Source of the DNA: Candidatus Woesebacteria bacterium
GTDB lineage: Bacteria; Patescibacteriota; Microgenomatia; UBA8517
Direction: 5' to 3'
NCBI GenBank assembly: GCA_020061305.1
Contig: JAGUYM010000014.1
Location: 1-47,371 of the forward strand
DNA length: 47,371 bases
The translations under genes and the position numbers were made by a program. The notes under the pieces were generated by a model. That model had not been told where the DNA came from and did no database searches. It was given only the letters and a program-made list of their open reading frames with translations. Positions within the stretch are counted from its first letter, which is position 1, and each line of letters starts with the position of its first letter. Shown one piece after another: positions 15,709 through 25,097 of this stretch.

Positions 15709-16107
15709 GAAACGGTTAACTTCTTTGGTCGTGTATTCTGGGTACTCTAGGTAATTTATCCAGTCAGTCGTCCGAAATTGTACCCATTTCTCGAGCCAAA
15801 TTTGACGAGAGGCGTAAAAAGCTATCTTGTCAAACGGTTTTATCCAGTCATATCGGGCTTTTCTGCCCTTTAGCTCCAAGTTCTGAAGTGCCATCTTCAA
15901 AAGTAGCCGTTTTTCGTGGGCTTCAGAACTCTCAAAGACTTTTCCAGCGTTTTCAGATAGTTTTAGCAGGCAAGATGAGGTCACATAGTATTCCTCGTCA
16001 GCAAATTGTAGTTTCTCAATTTTCTTGTTGATTGCCTTCTGTTTTGCCCGATATTCTTTTCGTTTTTTCTCATAGTAGCTCTCAGTAATGCTCCCCTGCA
16101 GAGTGAA
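15697..16107 (-). pseudogene. C-terminal remnant of an older LSR fused at the att junction to the displaced tail of the new element's LSR
   Basis: GSITESYYEKKRKEY...LLKLSENAGKVFE...EKRLLLKMALQNLELKG aligns by eye with EKITPEFYSRKFKQY...LYELSQRAKELY...EQRSLIRFIFATLTVDEG of the intact LSR; no catalytic domain. Confidence 0.85.
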
Positions 16108-16258
16108 TTAGCACAGGTTGACCAGATGGGGCAAGGGGTCTTGCGTCCTCAATTGCGTCTAAGAGAAAATAAAGTTTTTCTTTGCCTGTCATAGTGTTTC
16201 ATTACATCTTTAATCTTAGTTATTATATTTTATCAATTTTTGATAGAATAGTCTTGAT

Positions 16259-17182
16259 ATGCCGATTTATAAACAGACCGATAGCAAGCTAATTGCTATC
16301 AAGGAAAAGAAAGTTGGCTTGGAAAAAACCCTGCAAACCTTAGTTGAAGCTAACTTAAATGATGTTTTTAGTTTGAGCTTCATCGCTACCGAGTTTCCCT
16401 TAAACAATCTTCGGATTGATACGCTAGCTTTTGATGAAGAAGCTAAGGCGTTTGTGGTTATTGAATATAAGCGGGATAAAAATTTTACCGTGATTGACCA
16501 GGGTTACGCCTATCTCGCTTTAATGCTAAATAACAAAGCAGATTTTGTCCTTAAGTATAACGAGAAGACCAAGAAAAACTTGAGAAAGGACGATATTGAT
16601 TGGTCGCAATCTAAGGTAATGTTTGTTGCCCAGTCATTCACAAAGTATCAGCAGGAAGCTATCGGGTTTCAAGATTTGCCGATTGAACTTTGGGAAGTAA
16701 AAAAATATGACGAGGATTTGGTTTCTTTTAACCAAGTAAGGGCGTCTGAAAAAAGCGAGAGCATAAAAACCATTACTAAGAACAAAGATATTGAACGGGT
16801 GTCTAGGGAAATTAAGCAGTATTTCGTTGAAGACCACATTAAACCCACTTGGAGCAAGGCTAAGGAGTTGTTTGATGAGTTTTCCCAGCGAGTTTTGGAA
16901 CTTGACCCTCGTTTTGAGATACATCCTGTTAAGTATTACATAGGCTTTAACATTGAGAATAAAAATGTAGTAGCCGTTAAGGTAAGGACTACAAAATTAT
17001 TACTTGAGCTTTTGCGAGTTCAACCCAAAGACCTCAAAGACCCAGAGAAAAGGGCTAGATATAGAAAAAATAGCTTTGAATACTATAACAAACACATTAC
17101 GCAGTTTGACATCAACAATGAGGAAGATATTGATTATGCGATGTCTCTTGTAAAACAGATTTATAAGATTTTTGCTGAATGA
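16259..17182 (+). CDS. NucS/RecB-like PD-(D/E)xK endonuclease with DUF5655-like C-terminal domain
   Basis: EKTLQ...RIDTLAFD...VVIEYKR...Q...Y nuclease motifs; C-terminal KYYIGF. Confidence 0.75.
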   Translation: MPIYKQTDSKLIAIKEKKVGLEKTLQTLVEANLNDVFSLSFIATEFPLNNLRIDTLAFDEEAKAFVVIEYKRDKNFTVIDQGYAYLALMLNNKADFVLKYNEKTKKNLRKDDIDWSQSKVMFVAQSFTKYQQEAIGFQDLPIELWEVKKYDEDLVSFNQVRASEKSESIKTITKNKDIERVSREIKQYFVEDHIKPTWSKAKELFDEFSQRVLELDPRFEIHPVKYYIGFNIENKNVVAVKVRTTKLLLELLRVQPKDLKDPEKRARYRKNSFEYYNKHITQFDINNEEDIDYAMSLVKQIYKIFAE

Positions 17183-17793
17183 GGATGAAAAAAATACTTA
17201 TAGTTGGGATTTTGTTTGTTGCTGCTACTATCGGTGTTATTACTTACCAATTCGGGAAACAAAAAGGTATTTCCCTCAATACAAATTCCAAACCCATTCA
17301 GCAAGAGGAAGGTGTGTTTAATTGCCCGTATAGCACAAAAGGCGGTATATACACCGAGTATGCGACTTTAGCCAATGAGGTAATGGTTGCTGGAAAACCA
17401 CAGTTAATAGAAAATCCAGAAGTTGTCAAAATGAGTGAACCCTTTAATCTGGTTGAGTTTGAAAAAGACCTATACAAGCTATCAACAGATAAAGGTTGGG
17501 ACGAAAGAAAATTTGATGTGGACGATGATGGGAAGGAAGAACGAATAATAAGTGCAAATGTGGCAATGAACCACACCCCACATATCGCACTAATCCTGAA
17601 AGACAACCGTGTTATATTCAGGGCTGAGGGGGCAAATATCTGGATTGAGGACGATTACGAAGGGCGAGGATTTACACTTCACAAGACGATTGATTGGAAC
17701 ATTGGAGAAAGCGAGACGGTTAGATATATTCCAAAAGATGGTGGTTTTATGCCTGTCTGGAAGCAAAAGGCTTGTTGGGTTCATTTTGAATAG
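17179..17793 (+). CDS. Membrane-anchored hypothetical protein
   Basis: N-terminal signal anchor; DVDDDGKEE calcium-loop-like motif. Confidence 0.8.
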   Translation: MRMKKILIVGILFVAATIGVITYQFGKQKGISLNTNSKPIQQEEGVFNCPYSTKGGIYTEYATLANEVMVAGKPQLIENPEVVKMSEPFNLVEFEKDLYKLSTDKGWDERKFDVDDDGKEERIISANVAMNHTPHIALILKDNRVIFRAEGANIWIEDDYEGRGFTLHKTIDWNIGESETVRYIPKDGGFMPVWKQKACWVHFE

Positions 17794-17983
17794 CAAATGC
17801 GGGCATTGGTTGGCTTAATCCAAGATTTTCAAATGCAATTTTAAGGTCGCTTAGGCTTATATCAAACTCTAGCTTGTGGTTGCAGAACAAATCCTTTAGG
17901 AGGAACCAGATTGGACAACTCAACAGAAATACTTGATATTTCGATAAAAAATCGACTTCTATTAACTTACCAACTGCCTTCAT
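17747..17983 (-). pseudogene. Possible further LSR C-terminal scar plus displaced tail (…CPIW|FLLKDLFCN…)
   Basis: PIW motif and DNA similarity to the tRNA junction; F at the same register as the other tails. Confidence 0.45.
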
Positions 17984-18017
17984 AATTCCTCTTTATTCAT
18001 AACCGAACTCTTTTCAT

Positions 18018-18048
18018 TGAAAGAAAAATACATCCTTTCTAGTACTAC
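18018..18048 (+). promoter_or_regulatory. Putative ECF sigma promoter, copy 1
   Basis: TGAAAGAAAA-N14-GTACTAC; identical architecture at 18514-18544. Confidence 0.65.
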
Positions 18049-18070
18049 TGGTAGAAAGGAGGTGAAAAAC

Positions 18071-18448
18071 ATGAATAAAGCAATTATAGCATTAACAGCT
18101 TTAACACTCGGAGCAGGAGTATTATTTGCTAGCGTACCGAACGCATTGGCTTATAGAGGTGACCCAAATGTCCAGGGGCCTAATTACTCGCCCGAACGCC
18201 ATGAAGCAATGGTTAAGGCTTTTGAGAAAATGGATTACAACGCCTGGAAAAACCTAATGCAAGGTAGAGGTAGGATAACTCAAGTTATCAATGAAGACAA
18301 CTTTGCCCTTTTTGCCAAGATGCACCAGCTTAGGCTTGAGGGTAAAACCGACGAAGCCAACCAGATTCGTCAAGAATTGGGTCTTGGACTTCGCGATGGC
18401 GGAGGATCCGGACAAAGAATGGGGATGGGACGAAACTGGAATAAGTAA
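18071..18448 (+). CDS. Small secreted protein with Gly/Met/Arg-rich tail
   Basis: SD GAAAGGAGGTG, signal peptide ending ALA; start 18071 rather than 18017. Confidence 0.85.
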   Translation: MNKAIIALTALTLGAGVLFASVPNALAYRGDPNVQGPNYSPERHEAMVKAFEKMDYNAWKNLMQGRGRITQVINEDNFALFAKMHQLRLEGKTDEANQIRQELGLGLRDGGGSGQRMGMGRNWNK

Positions 18449-18470
18449 GGTTCCTATCTCTATAAACGCC

Positions 18471-18493
18471 AACCCCGATTTTTAGTCGGGGTT
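18471..18493 (+). terminator. Hairpin after the secreted protein gene
   Basis: AACCCCGAT-loop-GTCGGGGTT. Confidence 0.6.
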
Positions 18494-18513
18494 CTGGTAT
18501 GCAACAAAACAAG

Positions 18514-18544
18514 TGAAAGAAAATATAGCCAACAATTGTACTAC
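18514..18544 (+). promoter_or_regulatory. Putative ECF sigma promoter, copy 2 (autoregulatory)
   Basis: TGAAAGAAAA-N14-GTACTAC, 10 nt before the ATG at 18554. Confidence 0.65.
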
Positions 18545-18553
18545 AATTGTGAC

Positions 18554-19102
18554 ATGTCGGAACACCCTATGCTTACAGACGAAAAATTGGTTGAACTGGT
18601 GCGCAGTAAAGATAAAGAGAATTACGCCGAGATTATCAATCGATACAAAAACAAATTGATAAGATATGCATTGTATCTAACTGGAGATGATGACAAAGCG
18701 GCCGACGTTGTTCAGGAGTCTTTTATCAAGGCCTATGTCAATTTAAATGGCTTTGACATTAAAAAAAAGTTCTCAAGCTGGATTTATCGTATTGTCCACA
18801 ATGAAGCTATGAATGTTTTAAACAAGGATAAGAAACAACTCCCTCTAAAAGAGGGTGTCGATTTTGACAGCGGTATTAATCTAGAGGATAATTTTGTCAA
18901 AAAAGAACTGCAAACAAAAGCTCAAGATTGTTTAAAGCGACTACCAGTTCTTTATCGGGAACCACTAACTCTTTATTTTTTAGAGGAGAAGTCATATGAG
19001 GAAATCAGCGATATTTTAAGAATGCCTGTCGGCACAGTCGGGACAAGAATCAATCGGGCTAAAATTTTAATGAAAGAGATATGTCAAAAAGCAAAAAAAT
19101 AA
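18554..19102 (+). CDS. ECF RNA polymerase sigma factor (SigW/RpoE-like)
   Basis: DVVQESFIKAY, FSSWIYRIVHN, SYEEISDIL..PVGTVGTRINRAK. Confidence 0.93.
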   Translation: MSEHPMLTDEKLVELVRSKDKENYAEIINRYKNKLIRYALYLTGDDDKAADVVQESFIKAYVNLNGFDIKKKFSSWIYRIVHNEAMNVLNKDKKQLPLKEGVDFDSGINLEDNFVKKELQTKAQDCLKRLPVLYREPLTLYFLEEKSYEEISDILRMPVGTVGTRINRAKILMKEICQKAKK

Positions 19103-19605
19103 CACCAACCAAACAAAAAAAGACTGACTTTGAAAAAGAGGTCATGACTAAGATAAAAAGGGGTGAAATAACCATGAAACCCAAATGGTTTTTTGTAGTC
19201 GGTTCTTTGATGGCAGGAGCTGGATTAGTGGGGGCAAGCATCGGAGCAATATTTTTAGTCAACCTCACCTTGTTTATTTTGCGAAAACGAGGCCCAGGCA
19301 TTATGAGACTGGAGTTGATGCTGACGAGTTTCCCATGGTGGATACCACTATTGGCAATAATAGGTATTGTCGCTGGAATCTGGCTTTTGAAAAAATATGA
19401 CTTTTCTTACAAGAAAAACTTTTTGCTAATTATAGCCGTTTTTATCTCTTCAATCGCCATTGCCGCTTGGTTTATTGACTATCTTGGTCTTAATGAAACC
19501 TGGTCAAGACATAGCCCAACAAGAAAATTTTATCAACAGTTTGAACGACAGGACAATAATTTTCCACAAGGTCGTGGAAACCGTTTTTATCTCAAGAGAT
19601 TATAG
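19081..19605 (+). CDS. Membrane protein, probable anti-sigma partner
   Basis: Overlaps the ECF gene; FEKEVMTKI N-terminus followed by three TM helices. Confidence 0.6.
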   Translation: MSKSKKITPTKQKKTDFEKEVMTKIKRGEITMKPKWFFVVGSLMAGAGLVGASIGAIFLVNLTLFILRKRGPGIMRLELMLTSFPWWIPLLAIIGIVAGIWLLKKYDFSYKKNFLLIIAVFISSIAIAAWFIDYLGLNETWSRHSPTRKFYQQFERQDNNFPQGRGNRFYLKRL

Positions 19606-19667
19606 TTGTAAAATAAAGATCAATAGCCTCTTAATCGAATGCAAATAATTCTGTATACTTAATCTAT

Positions 19668-21017
19668 ATGAAAATTAAATTTCTTGGAGCGTCTGGAACT
19701 GTTACCGGATCTTCTTATGTTTTGGAATCGAAAAATACCTCCATTTTAATTGATTTAGGAATGTTTCAGGGACCACAGGAAATTGAAATACACAATTATG
19801 AGCCTTTTGAATATGATGCCAAAAAACTTACTGCCGTAATTTTAACCCATGCTCACCTTGATCACTGTGGGAGGCTCCCAATTTTAAACAGAATGGGGTT
19901 TAAAGGAAATATTTACATGACACCTCCTACTAAAGAATTGACAGAACTAACTTTATTAGACACAGTAAAGATAGCCAAAGAAGAGCAATCTCAAAGTCTA
20001 TATGATTTAAATGATGTTTTAAGTACCTCTAAAAACTTTGTAACAGTTAACTATCATCAAGATTTACATATTGGTGATTTATTGGTTAAGTTTTATGATG
20101 CGGGGCATATTTTAGGCTCGGCCAGCATTGAAATTTTAGATAAAACAGCAGTAAACGACATTAAAAAAATAGTCTTTAGTGGTGATATAGGTAATTACCC
20201 GGCATTTTTGGAGGAAAAAACAGAATTTGTAAATTCAGCTGATGTTGTTGTCATGGAATCAACTTATGGAGATCGTCTCCATCCAGACGAAAACCCAAGT
20301 GAGGCCATACAAAATGAGATAAATGCCATTGAACAATCAGGCGGAACACTTTTAATCCCAACTTTTTCTCTTGATAGAGCGCAAGGACTTCTTCATTTAA
20401 TTGGCCATCTTAAAAGGGGCAGTAAAATTTTAAAACAAACTCCAATAATTTTAGATAGCCCAATGGCAGAAAAAGCGACAAAAATATATGTTGATTACCC
20501 AAAATTTTTTAATGACCATATTGAAAATGATTATAAAAGAGGTGAACTTTTTGATTTTGAAGGATTAGAAGTAACCAAAAATTGGAAAGAGAGTCAAAGA
20601 ATTCATAAAAGAAGTGAGGCTAAAGTCATAATTGCAGGTAGTGGCATGATGGTTGGGGGAAGAATTGTTGGCCATGCCATGCATTATCTACCAATGGCGA
20701 CAACCAGACTTATGATTGTGGGCTACCAAGGAGATGGAACATTAGGTCGAGAGCTTTTAAACGGAGCAAAAACCGTATTTATTAATAATCAAAGGATTGA
20801 AGTTAAGGCTGTAGTCTCAAATTCGCAAGCAATGAGCTCTCATGCAGATCAAAAACAGCTCTTGGAATGGTTAAAAAACATTCAAGGTGTTAAAAAGTTA
20901 TTTTTAACACACGGAGACGATGAAGCAAGGGTAAAATTCGCTGAAATTATAAAAAATAATTTAAGAATTAATGATATAACCCTCCCCACTCTAAATCAGG
21001 AGTTTGATATAATGTAA
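19668..21017 (+). CDS. MBL-fold beta-CASP ribonuclease (YSH1-like)
   Basis: THAHLDHCG, AGHILGS, FSGDIG, MESTYG, SSHAD, THG. Confidence 0.93.
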   Translation: MKIKFLGASGTVTGSSYVLESKNTSILIDLGMFQGPQEIEIHNYEPFEYDAKKLTAVILTHAHLDHCGRLPILNRMGFKGNIYMTPPTKELTELTLLDTVKIAKEEQSQSLYDLNDVLSTSKNFVTVNYHQDLHIGDLLVKFYDAGHILGSASIEILDKTAVNDIKKIVFSGDIGNYPAFLEEKTEFVNSADVVVMESTYGDRLHPDENPSEAIQNEINAIEQSGGTLLIPTFSLDRAQGLLHLIGHLKRGSKILKQTPIILDSPMAEKATKIYVDYPKFFNDHIENDYKRGELFDFEGLEVTKNWKESQRIHKRSEAKVIIAGSGMMVGGRIVGHAMHYLPMATTRLMIVGYQGDGTLGRELLNGAKTVFINNQRIEVKAVVSNSQAMSSHADQKQLLEWLKNIQGVKKLFLTHGDDEARVKFAEIIKNNLRINDITLPTLNQEFDIM

Positions 21018-21019
21018 TC

Positions 21020-21832
21020 ATGTTAAAGATTATCATTGTGGCGTTTGCCTCATTCCTCATTTCACACTTTTCATTTCCTGCATTGGCACAAGAATTTAAT
21101 TTTGAAAAGGCTAAAAGTGATTATGTTTTTAATTTTGATAACTACAACCAAAAACTATTTGATTTTAATCTAAAAAAGGACTCATACAACAAAAACTCCA
21201 CACTCTCACTAAAAGAGGAATTTAGAATTTCAACATATAATTTTCTGCTCCAAAGAAACAGGCTAATCAGCACATATTTGACCATGCTTAGAATGAGAGT
21301 TTTGGAAGAAATGGGATTAACTGATAATCAAAAATCAAAAATATTTGAAAAAATTGACCAAGAGGTCGCCTGGTACAAATCAAGAGAAAGTAATTACAAC
21401 AAAGAAGATATTTTAGAAGATTTGATAAATAAATCCAGGGAAGAAGATTCACAGTATGAGACTAATACTGACTTGGTTATTAAATACGCCTTAGGCTTTG
21501 TGGGGATTGGAGAAGTGACTGAAATCAAGAATAATCACCACAAGTTATACCAAAAATTGAAATCAGAAGCATTAAGCATAATTGAGTTAAAAAGATTAAA
21601 TAACAGTTTATTTAATAGATGGTTTGCAGAAATAGATAAAGAGCTTGAACTCTTAAATAAAACAATTGATAACCAAACAACAAAAATGGATAATGTTTTT
21701 TCCGAAGATGAATTCAAAAGAGAAAAAGTATATGAGGATGTCACAAAAGAACTAGATTTGGCAAAGACAAACATGATAAAACTTAATGAGTTTATGTATG
21801 AACTTGAAACACGGGTTCAGGAAAAAAGATGA
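21020..21832 (+). CDS. Secreted coiled-coil hypothetical protein
   Basis: Signal peptide ending ALA; helical Lys/Glu-rich body. Confidence 0.8.
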   Translation: MLKIIIVAFASFLISHFSFPALAQEFNFEKAKSDYVFNFDNYNQKLFDFNLKKDSYNKNSTLSLKEEFRISTYNFLLQRNRLISTYLTMLRMRVLEEMGLTDNQKSKIFEKIDQEVAWYKSRESNYNKEDILEDLINKSREEDSQYETNTDLVIKYALGFVGIGEVTEIKNNHHKLYQKLKSEALSIIELKRLNNSLFNRWFAEIDKELELLNKTIDNQTTKMDNVFSEDEFKREKVYEDVTKELDLAKTNMIKLNEFMYELETRVQEKR

Positions 21833-22212
21833 GAGAACAAATCAATAAATTAATTAATTCAGTAAAACCAATAATGACAAATATTGATGCCAAATTAACG
21901 GGCTTAATTCCTGATCAAAAATTAAGAAAATTTATCTATATTTCTTTTGGATCAATTGCTGGAATATTTATATTTCTTATGCTTCTTGCAATAATACTTT
22001 CACCTTTTGGGGTGAATTCAAATCAAAACGAATTTTTGGTAAAAAAACCTGATGTAAAACAAGGAGAAGATAAAAAAGAAATGGTTTTGACTGAAAATCA
22101 AAAAACTATTAAAAACTATGAACTACAAATTAAAAATTTAAAGTTTCCAGAAAGCCAAATCTCTCCCCCAATCATTCAGTTTGAATTAACAATTACAGAC
22201 AAGAAGTTTTGA
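21829..22212 (+). CDS. Single-TM hypothetical protein
   Basis: ATGA overlap with the upstream gene; one hydrophobic segment. Confidence 0.75.
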   Translation: MREQINKLINSVKPIMTNIDAKLTGLIPDQKLRKFIYISFGSIAGIFIFLMLLAIILSPFGVNSNQNEFLVKKPDVKQGEDKKEMVLTENQKTIKNYELQIKNLKFPESQISPPIIQFELTITDKKF

Positions 22213-22223
22213 TCGAAAATGCT

Positions 22224-23303
22224 CTAATCCAAATAATCCTGTAATTTCTTTCTTCTTGATGGATGTTTTAGTTTTCTTAAAGCCTTAGCCTCAATTTGCC
22301 TAATTCTTTCTCTGGTAACACCAAACACTCTCCCCACCTCTTCCAATGTCATCTGCTTTGTTCCCTCAAGACCAAAGCGAAGTTTTAATACTTTAGCCTC
22401 TCTTTCTGTTAATGTCCCCAAAACCTCATCCAAGTGATCTTTTAAAAGCTGTTTACTGGCTTGGTCGACCGGTGAAAGCTGGCTTTCATCTGGTATAAAA
22501 TCTCCCAAAATGCTTTCTTGATCTTCCCCCACAGGAGCTTCCAAAGATGTTGTCTCCTGCGCGATTTTAAATATTTCTCGTACTCTGTCTGCTTCTAGTT
22601 CCGCCTCTTCTCCAATTTCTTCTGCAGTTGGCTCTCTACCCAATTCCTGCATCAGCTTTCTGCTTATTCTATAAAGTTTATTGATAGTTTCGACCATGTG
22701 GACAGGAATTCTTATGGTTCTTGCCTGATCGGCAATTGCCCTAGTAATTGCCTGCCTTATCCACCATGTAGCGTATGTTGAAAACTTAAACCCTTTTCTC
22801 CAATCATATTTTTCAACAGCCCTAATTAACCCTTGGTTGCCCTCCTGAATTAAATCAAGAAGTGATAATCCTCTTCCTATATATTTTTTTGCGATAGAAA
22901 CCACCAAACGAAGATTGCTCTCTGTTAATTTATCTTTTGCTCGCCTATCTCCTTTTTCGTACCTTTTGGCAAATTCAATTTCATCTTCAGCATGAAGTAG
23001 AGTTACCCTTCCAATTTCTCTTAAATATTGCCTAACTGGGTCGGTTGATTCTATTCCCTCAAGGCGGGTGAGCATTTCTATCTCTTTATCAAGTCTTTCT
23101 TTTGAAGTTTCGATAGCATCCCCATTCTCGTCGGTTACAGATTCAAAAACATCAATTCCCTCCGACAAGAGTTTATCGTATAAATCGTCAAGTTCTTCGA
23201 TTCTTTCTTCGGCGTCAAAGAAAACTTCCAATATTTCATCTTGGGTTAAAAATCCCTGATCTCTTGCCAACTTAATTAAATCTGTAATGGCTTTTCTTGT
23301 CAT
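22224..23303 (-). CDS. rpoD: RNA polymerase primary sigma factor
   Basis: [54 protein letters not shown]. Confidence 0.98.
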   Translation of the reverse strand: MTRKAITDLIKLARDQGFLTQDEILEVFFDAEERIEELDDLYDKLLSEGIDVFESVTDENGDAIETSKERLDKEIEMLTRLEGIESTDPVRQYLREIGRVTLLHAEDEIEFAKRYEKGDRRAKDKLTESNLRLVVSIAKKYIGRGLSLLDLIQEGNQGLIRAVEKYDWRKGFKFSTYATWWIRQAITRAIADQARTIRIPVHMVETINKLYRISRKLMQELGREPTAEEIGEEAELEADRVREIFKIAQETTSLEAPVGEDQESILGDFIPDESQLSPVDQASKQLLKDHLDEVLGTLTEREAKVLKLRFGLEGTKQMTLEEVGRVFGVTRERIRQIEAKALRKLKHPSRRKKLQDYLD

Positions 23304-23305
23304 TT

Positions 23306-25054
23306 TTATATTTCTTCCTCTAACTTTGCTAGTATTTTAGCAGTTTGATTAAATTTTGTCTGCATGCTAACTATTTTTTTTTGATCATCCTCCTTTTCTG
23401 CCTCTTTAATACTATTGCTTATTTTGGCCATATCTTCTTTGAGGCTTAAAATTTTTAACTCTTTTATGACCAAATTAACATCTTCATCTTCTCCGTTTTG
23501 AAGTGTCAAATCCAAAAATCCTTGTTTTAACTCCTGTGGCAAATTATCTACAAATTCCAAAATTTTGAAGGATTTTTGTTTTTGTGAAAATTCATGAATC
23601 TTATCAATTATTTTTAAATTAAATGGTGTAGATATTAATTTATAATTATCATTATCAAATAAAAACTTAATATTTTTAGAAACTGAAATAGAAATAAATT
23701 TGTTTTCTAATAAAGCTTTTCTGTTTTTAATTTTTGGAGCAATGAGTAAATCATCGTCTTTTTTTGTTGAAGATATATATCTTTTCCCAAGCTCTTCTAA
23801 AACTGCATCAACAGGAACAGAAAGCTTTTTACTAACCATCTCAACATAATGCATTCTAACTATCTCGTCTTTAATAAGTGCCAAAATTGGAATTATTTTT
23901 TTGGATATTTTACTTTTCCCTTCTCCTGTATCTGGGTCACTTTTTGCAAAAATTTCTTCTATTAAAAAATCCCAAATGTTGAGAGCTTTTTTTAGTGTAT
24001 CTTTGAAACCATTAGGGTCTTTTTGGATCGCCTCATCAGGGTCTTTATATTTTGTAAGTTTTGCAACTTTAACTTCAAAGCCCAAATCAACCGCTAAAAC
24101 TGCGCCCTTTTGTGTTGCCTCATCCCCTGCAAAATCAGAATCAAGACACAAAATCATCCTTGAACAAAATCGGGAAAGAAGTCTAATTTGATCTTCTGTT
24201 AAGCTTGATCCTTTTATAGCAACTACATTTTTAATGCCATGGGCAAAAACAGAAATCATGTCAAGCTCCCCTTCGACGACAATTACATAATTCTTTTCTC
24301 TAATTGTTTTTTTAGATAGATTTAAACCAAAAAGCATTTTTGATTTATGGTAAGCGGGCGTTTCAGGAGAATTTATATACTTTCCCGTATCTCTTTTATC
24401 CCAAGGTAAAACTCTTCCTGCAAAACCCAAGCAATTATCTCTGTGATCAAAAAGTGGAAAAATTATCCTCCCGGAAAATCTATCAAAAAAACCGTATTTA
24501 CCTTTTAAAATAAGGCCTGAAGCTATAAGATCTTCTATCTTAAATTTTTTTTTCTTAATTAAATAATCTATAAAAATTTTTGGGTCATCAGGAGAATATC
24601 CAATTTTAAATTCTTTGATATTTTTTTTATCTAAGCCTCTTTGCTTAATTAAATATCCAAGTGCCTTTTGGCCAATTTTATGACTAGTTAAAGCATATTG
24701 GTATAAATTAAGAGCTGAATTATTTATTTCAGTAATTTTTTCTTTAATGCTTATATCCTCTTTTTTAAATGATTTAAGTTTTACCCCTACTTTTTCAGCC
24801 AAATATTTTAAGGCTTCGCCGAAATCCATTCCTTCATGTCGTTCTAAAAAAGTAAATACATCTCCGCTGGCCCCACAACCGAAACACTTAAATATCTGCA
24901 ATTCTGGTGAAACCATAAAGGATGGGGTTTTCTCTCCATGGAATGGACAATTCGCCTTATAATTTCTACCTGCCTTCTTAAGTTCTAAATATTCACCAAT
25001 TAAAGAAACTATATCAACCTTAGATTTAACTTCCTCCACTTGCGAATCTGTCAT
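23306..25054 (-). CDS. dnaG: DNA primase
   Basis: [11 protein letters not shown] zinc finger, [20 protein letters not shown]; upstream of rpoD. Confidence 0.98.
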   Translation of the reverse strand: MTDSQVEEVKSKVDIVSLIGEYLELKKAGRNYKANCPFHGEKTPSFMVSPELQIFKCFGCGASGDVFTFLERHEGMDFGEALKYLAEKVGVKLKSFKKEDISIKEKITEINNSALNLYQYALTSHKIGQKALGYLIKQRGLDKKNIKEFKIGYSPDDPKIFIDYLIKKKKFKIEDLIASGLILKGKYGFFDRFSGRIIFPLFDHRDNCLGFAGRVLPWDKRDTGKYINSPETPAYHKSKMLFGLNLSKKTIREKNYVIVVEGELDMISVFAHGIKNVVAIKGSSLTEDQIRLLSRFCSRMILCLDSDFAGDEATQKGAVLAVDLGFEVKVAKLTKYKDPDEAIQKDPNGFKDTLKKALNIWDFLIEEIFAKSDPDTGEGKSKISKKIIPILALIKDEIVRMHYVEMVSKKLSVPVDAVLEELGKRYISSTKKDDDLLIAPKIKNRKALLENKFISISVSKNIKFLFDNDNYKLISTPFNLKIIDKIHEFSQKQKSFKILEFVDNLPQELKQGFLDLTLQNGEDEDVNLVIKELKILSLKEDMAKISNSIKEAEKEDDQKKIVSMQTKFNQTAKILAKLEEEI

Positions 25055-25097
25055 TTAAGCGTAGTGTAGCACAAATAAAACATCTTTCTATTTCTGA

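Larger units (their letters stand above)
1953..15798. mobile_element. LSR-integrated genomic island / putative phage satellite at tRNA-Asn 3' end (about 13.8 kb)
   Basis: Intact LSR runs into the tRNA; core GAGCCA at 1953-1958 is repeated at 15793-15798 in the same reading frame (RPIWL vs RQIWL); defence cargo; visibly more GC-rich than flanking core genes (not computed). Confidence 0.8.
15799..17908. mobile_element. Older degenerate island in tandem
   Basis: Begins with the LSR remnant; ends at GGAACCAGATTGGAC (17902-17916), similar to GGAGCCAGATGGGAC at the tRNA junction. Confidence 0.55.

Noticed and set aside
16122-16130. CCAGATGGG matching the tRNA-Asn junction, as a further att site
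   Set aside because: It lacks the GAG/GAA part of the core. It is better explained as part of a short truncated ORF in another frame (MTGKEKLYFLLDAIEDAR..., 16192-16082) fused by deletion to the LSR remnant.
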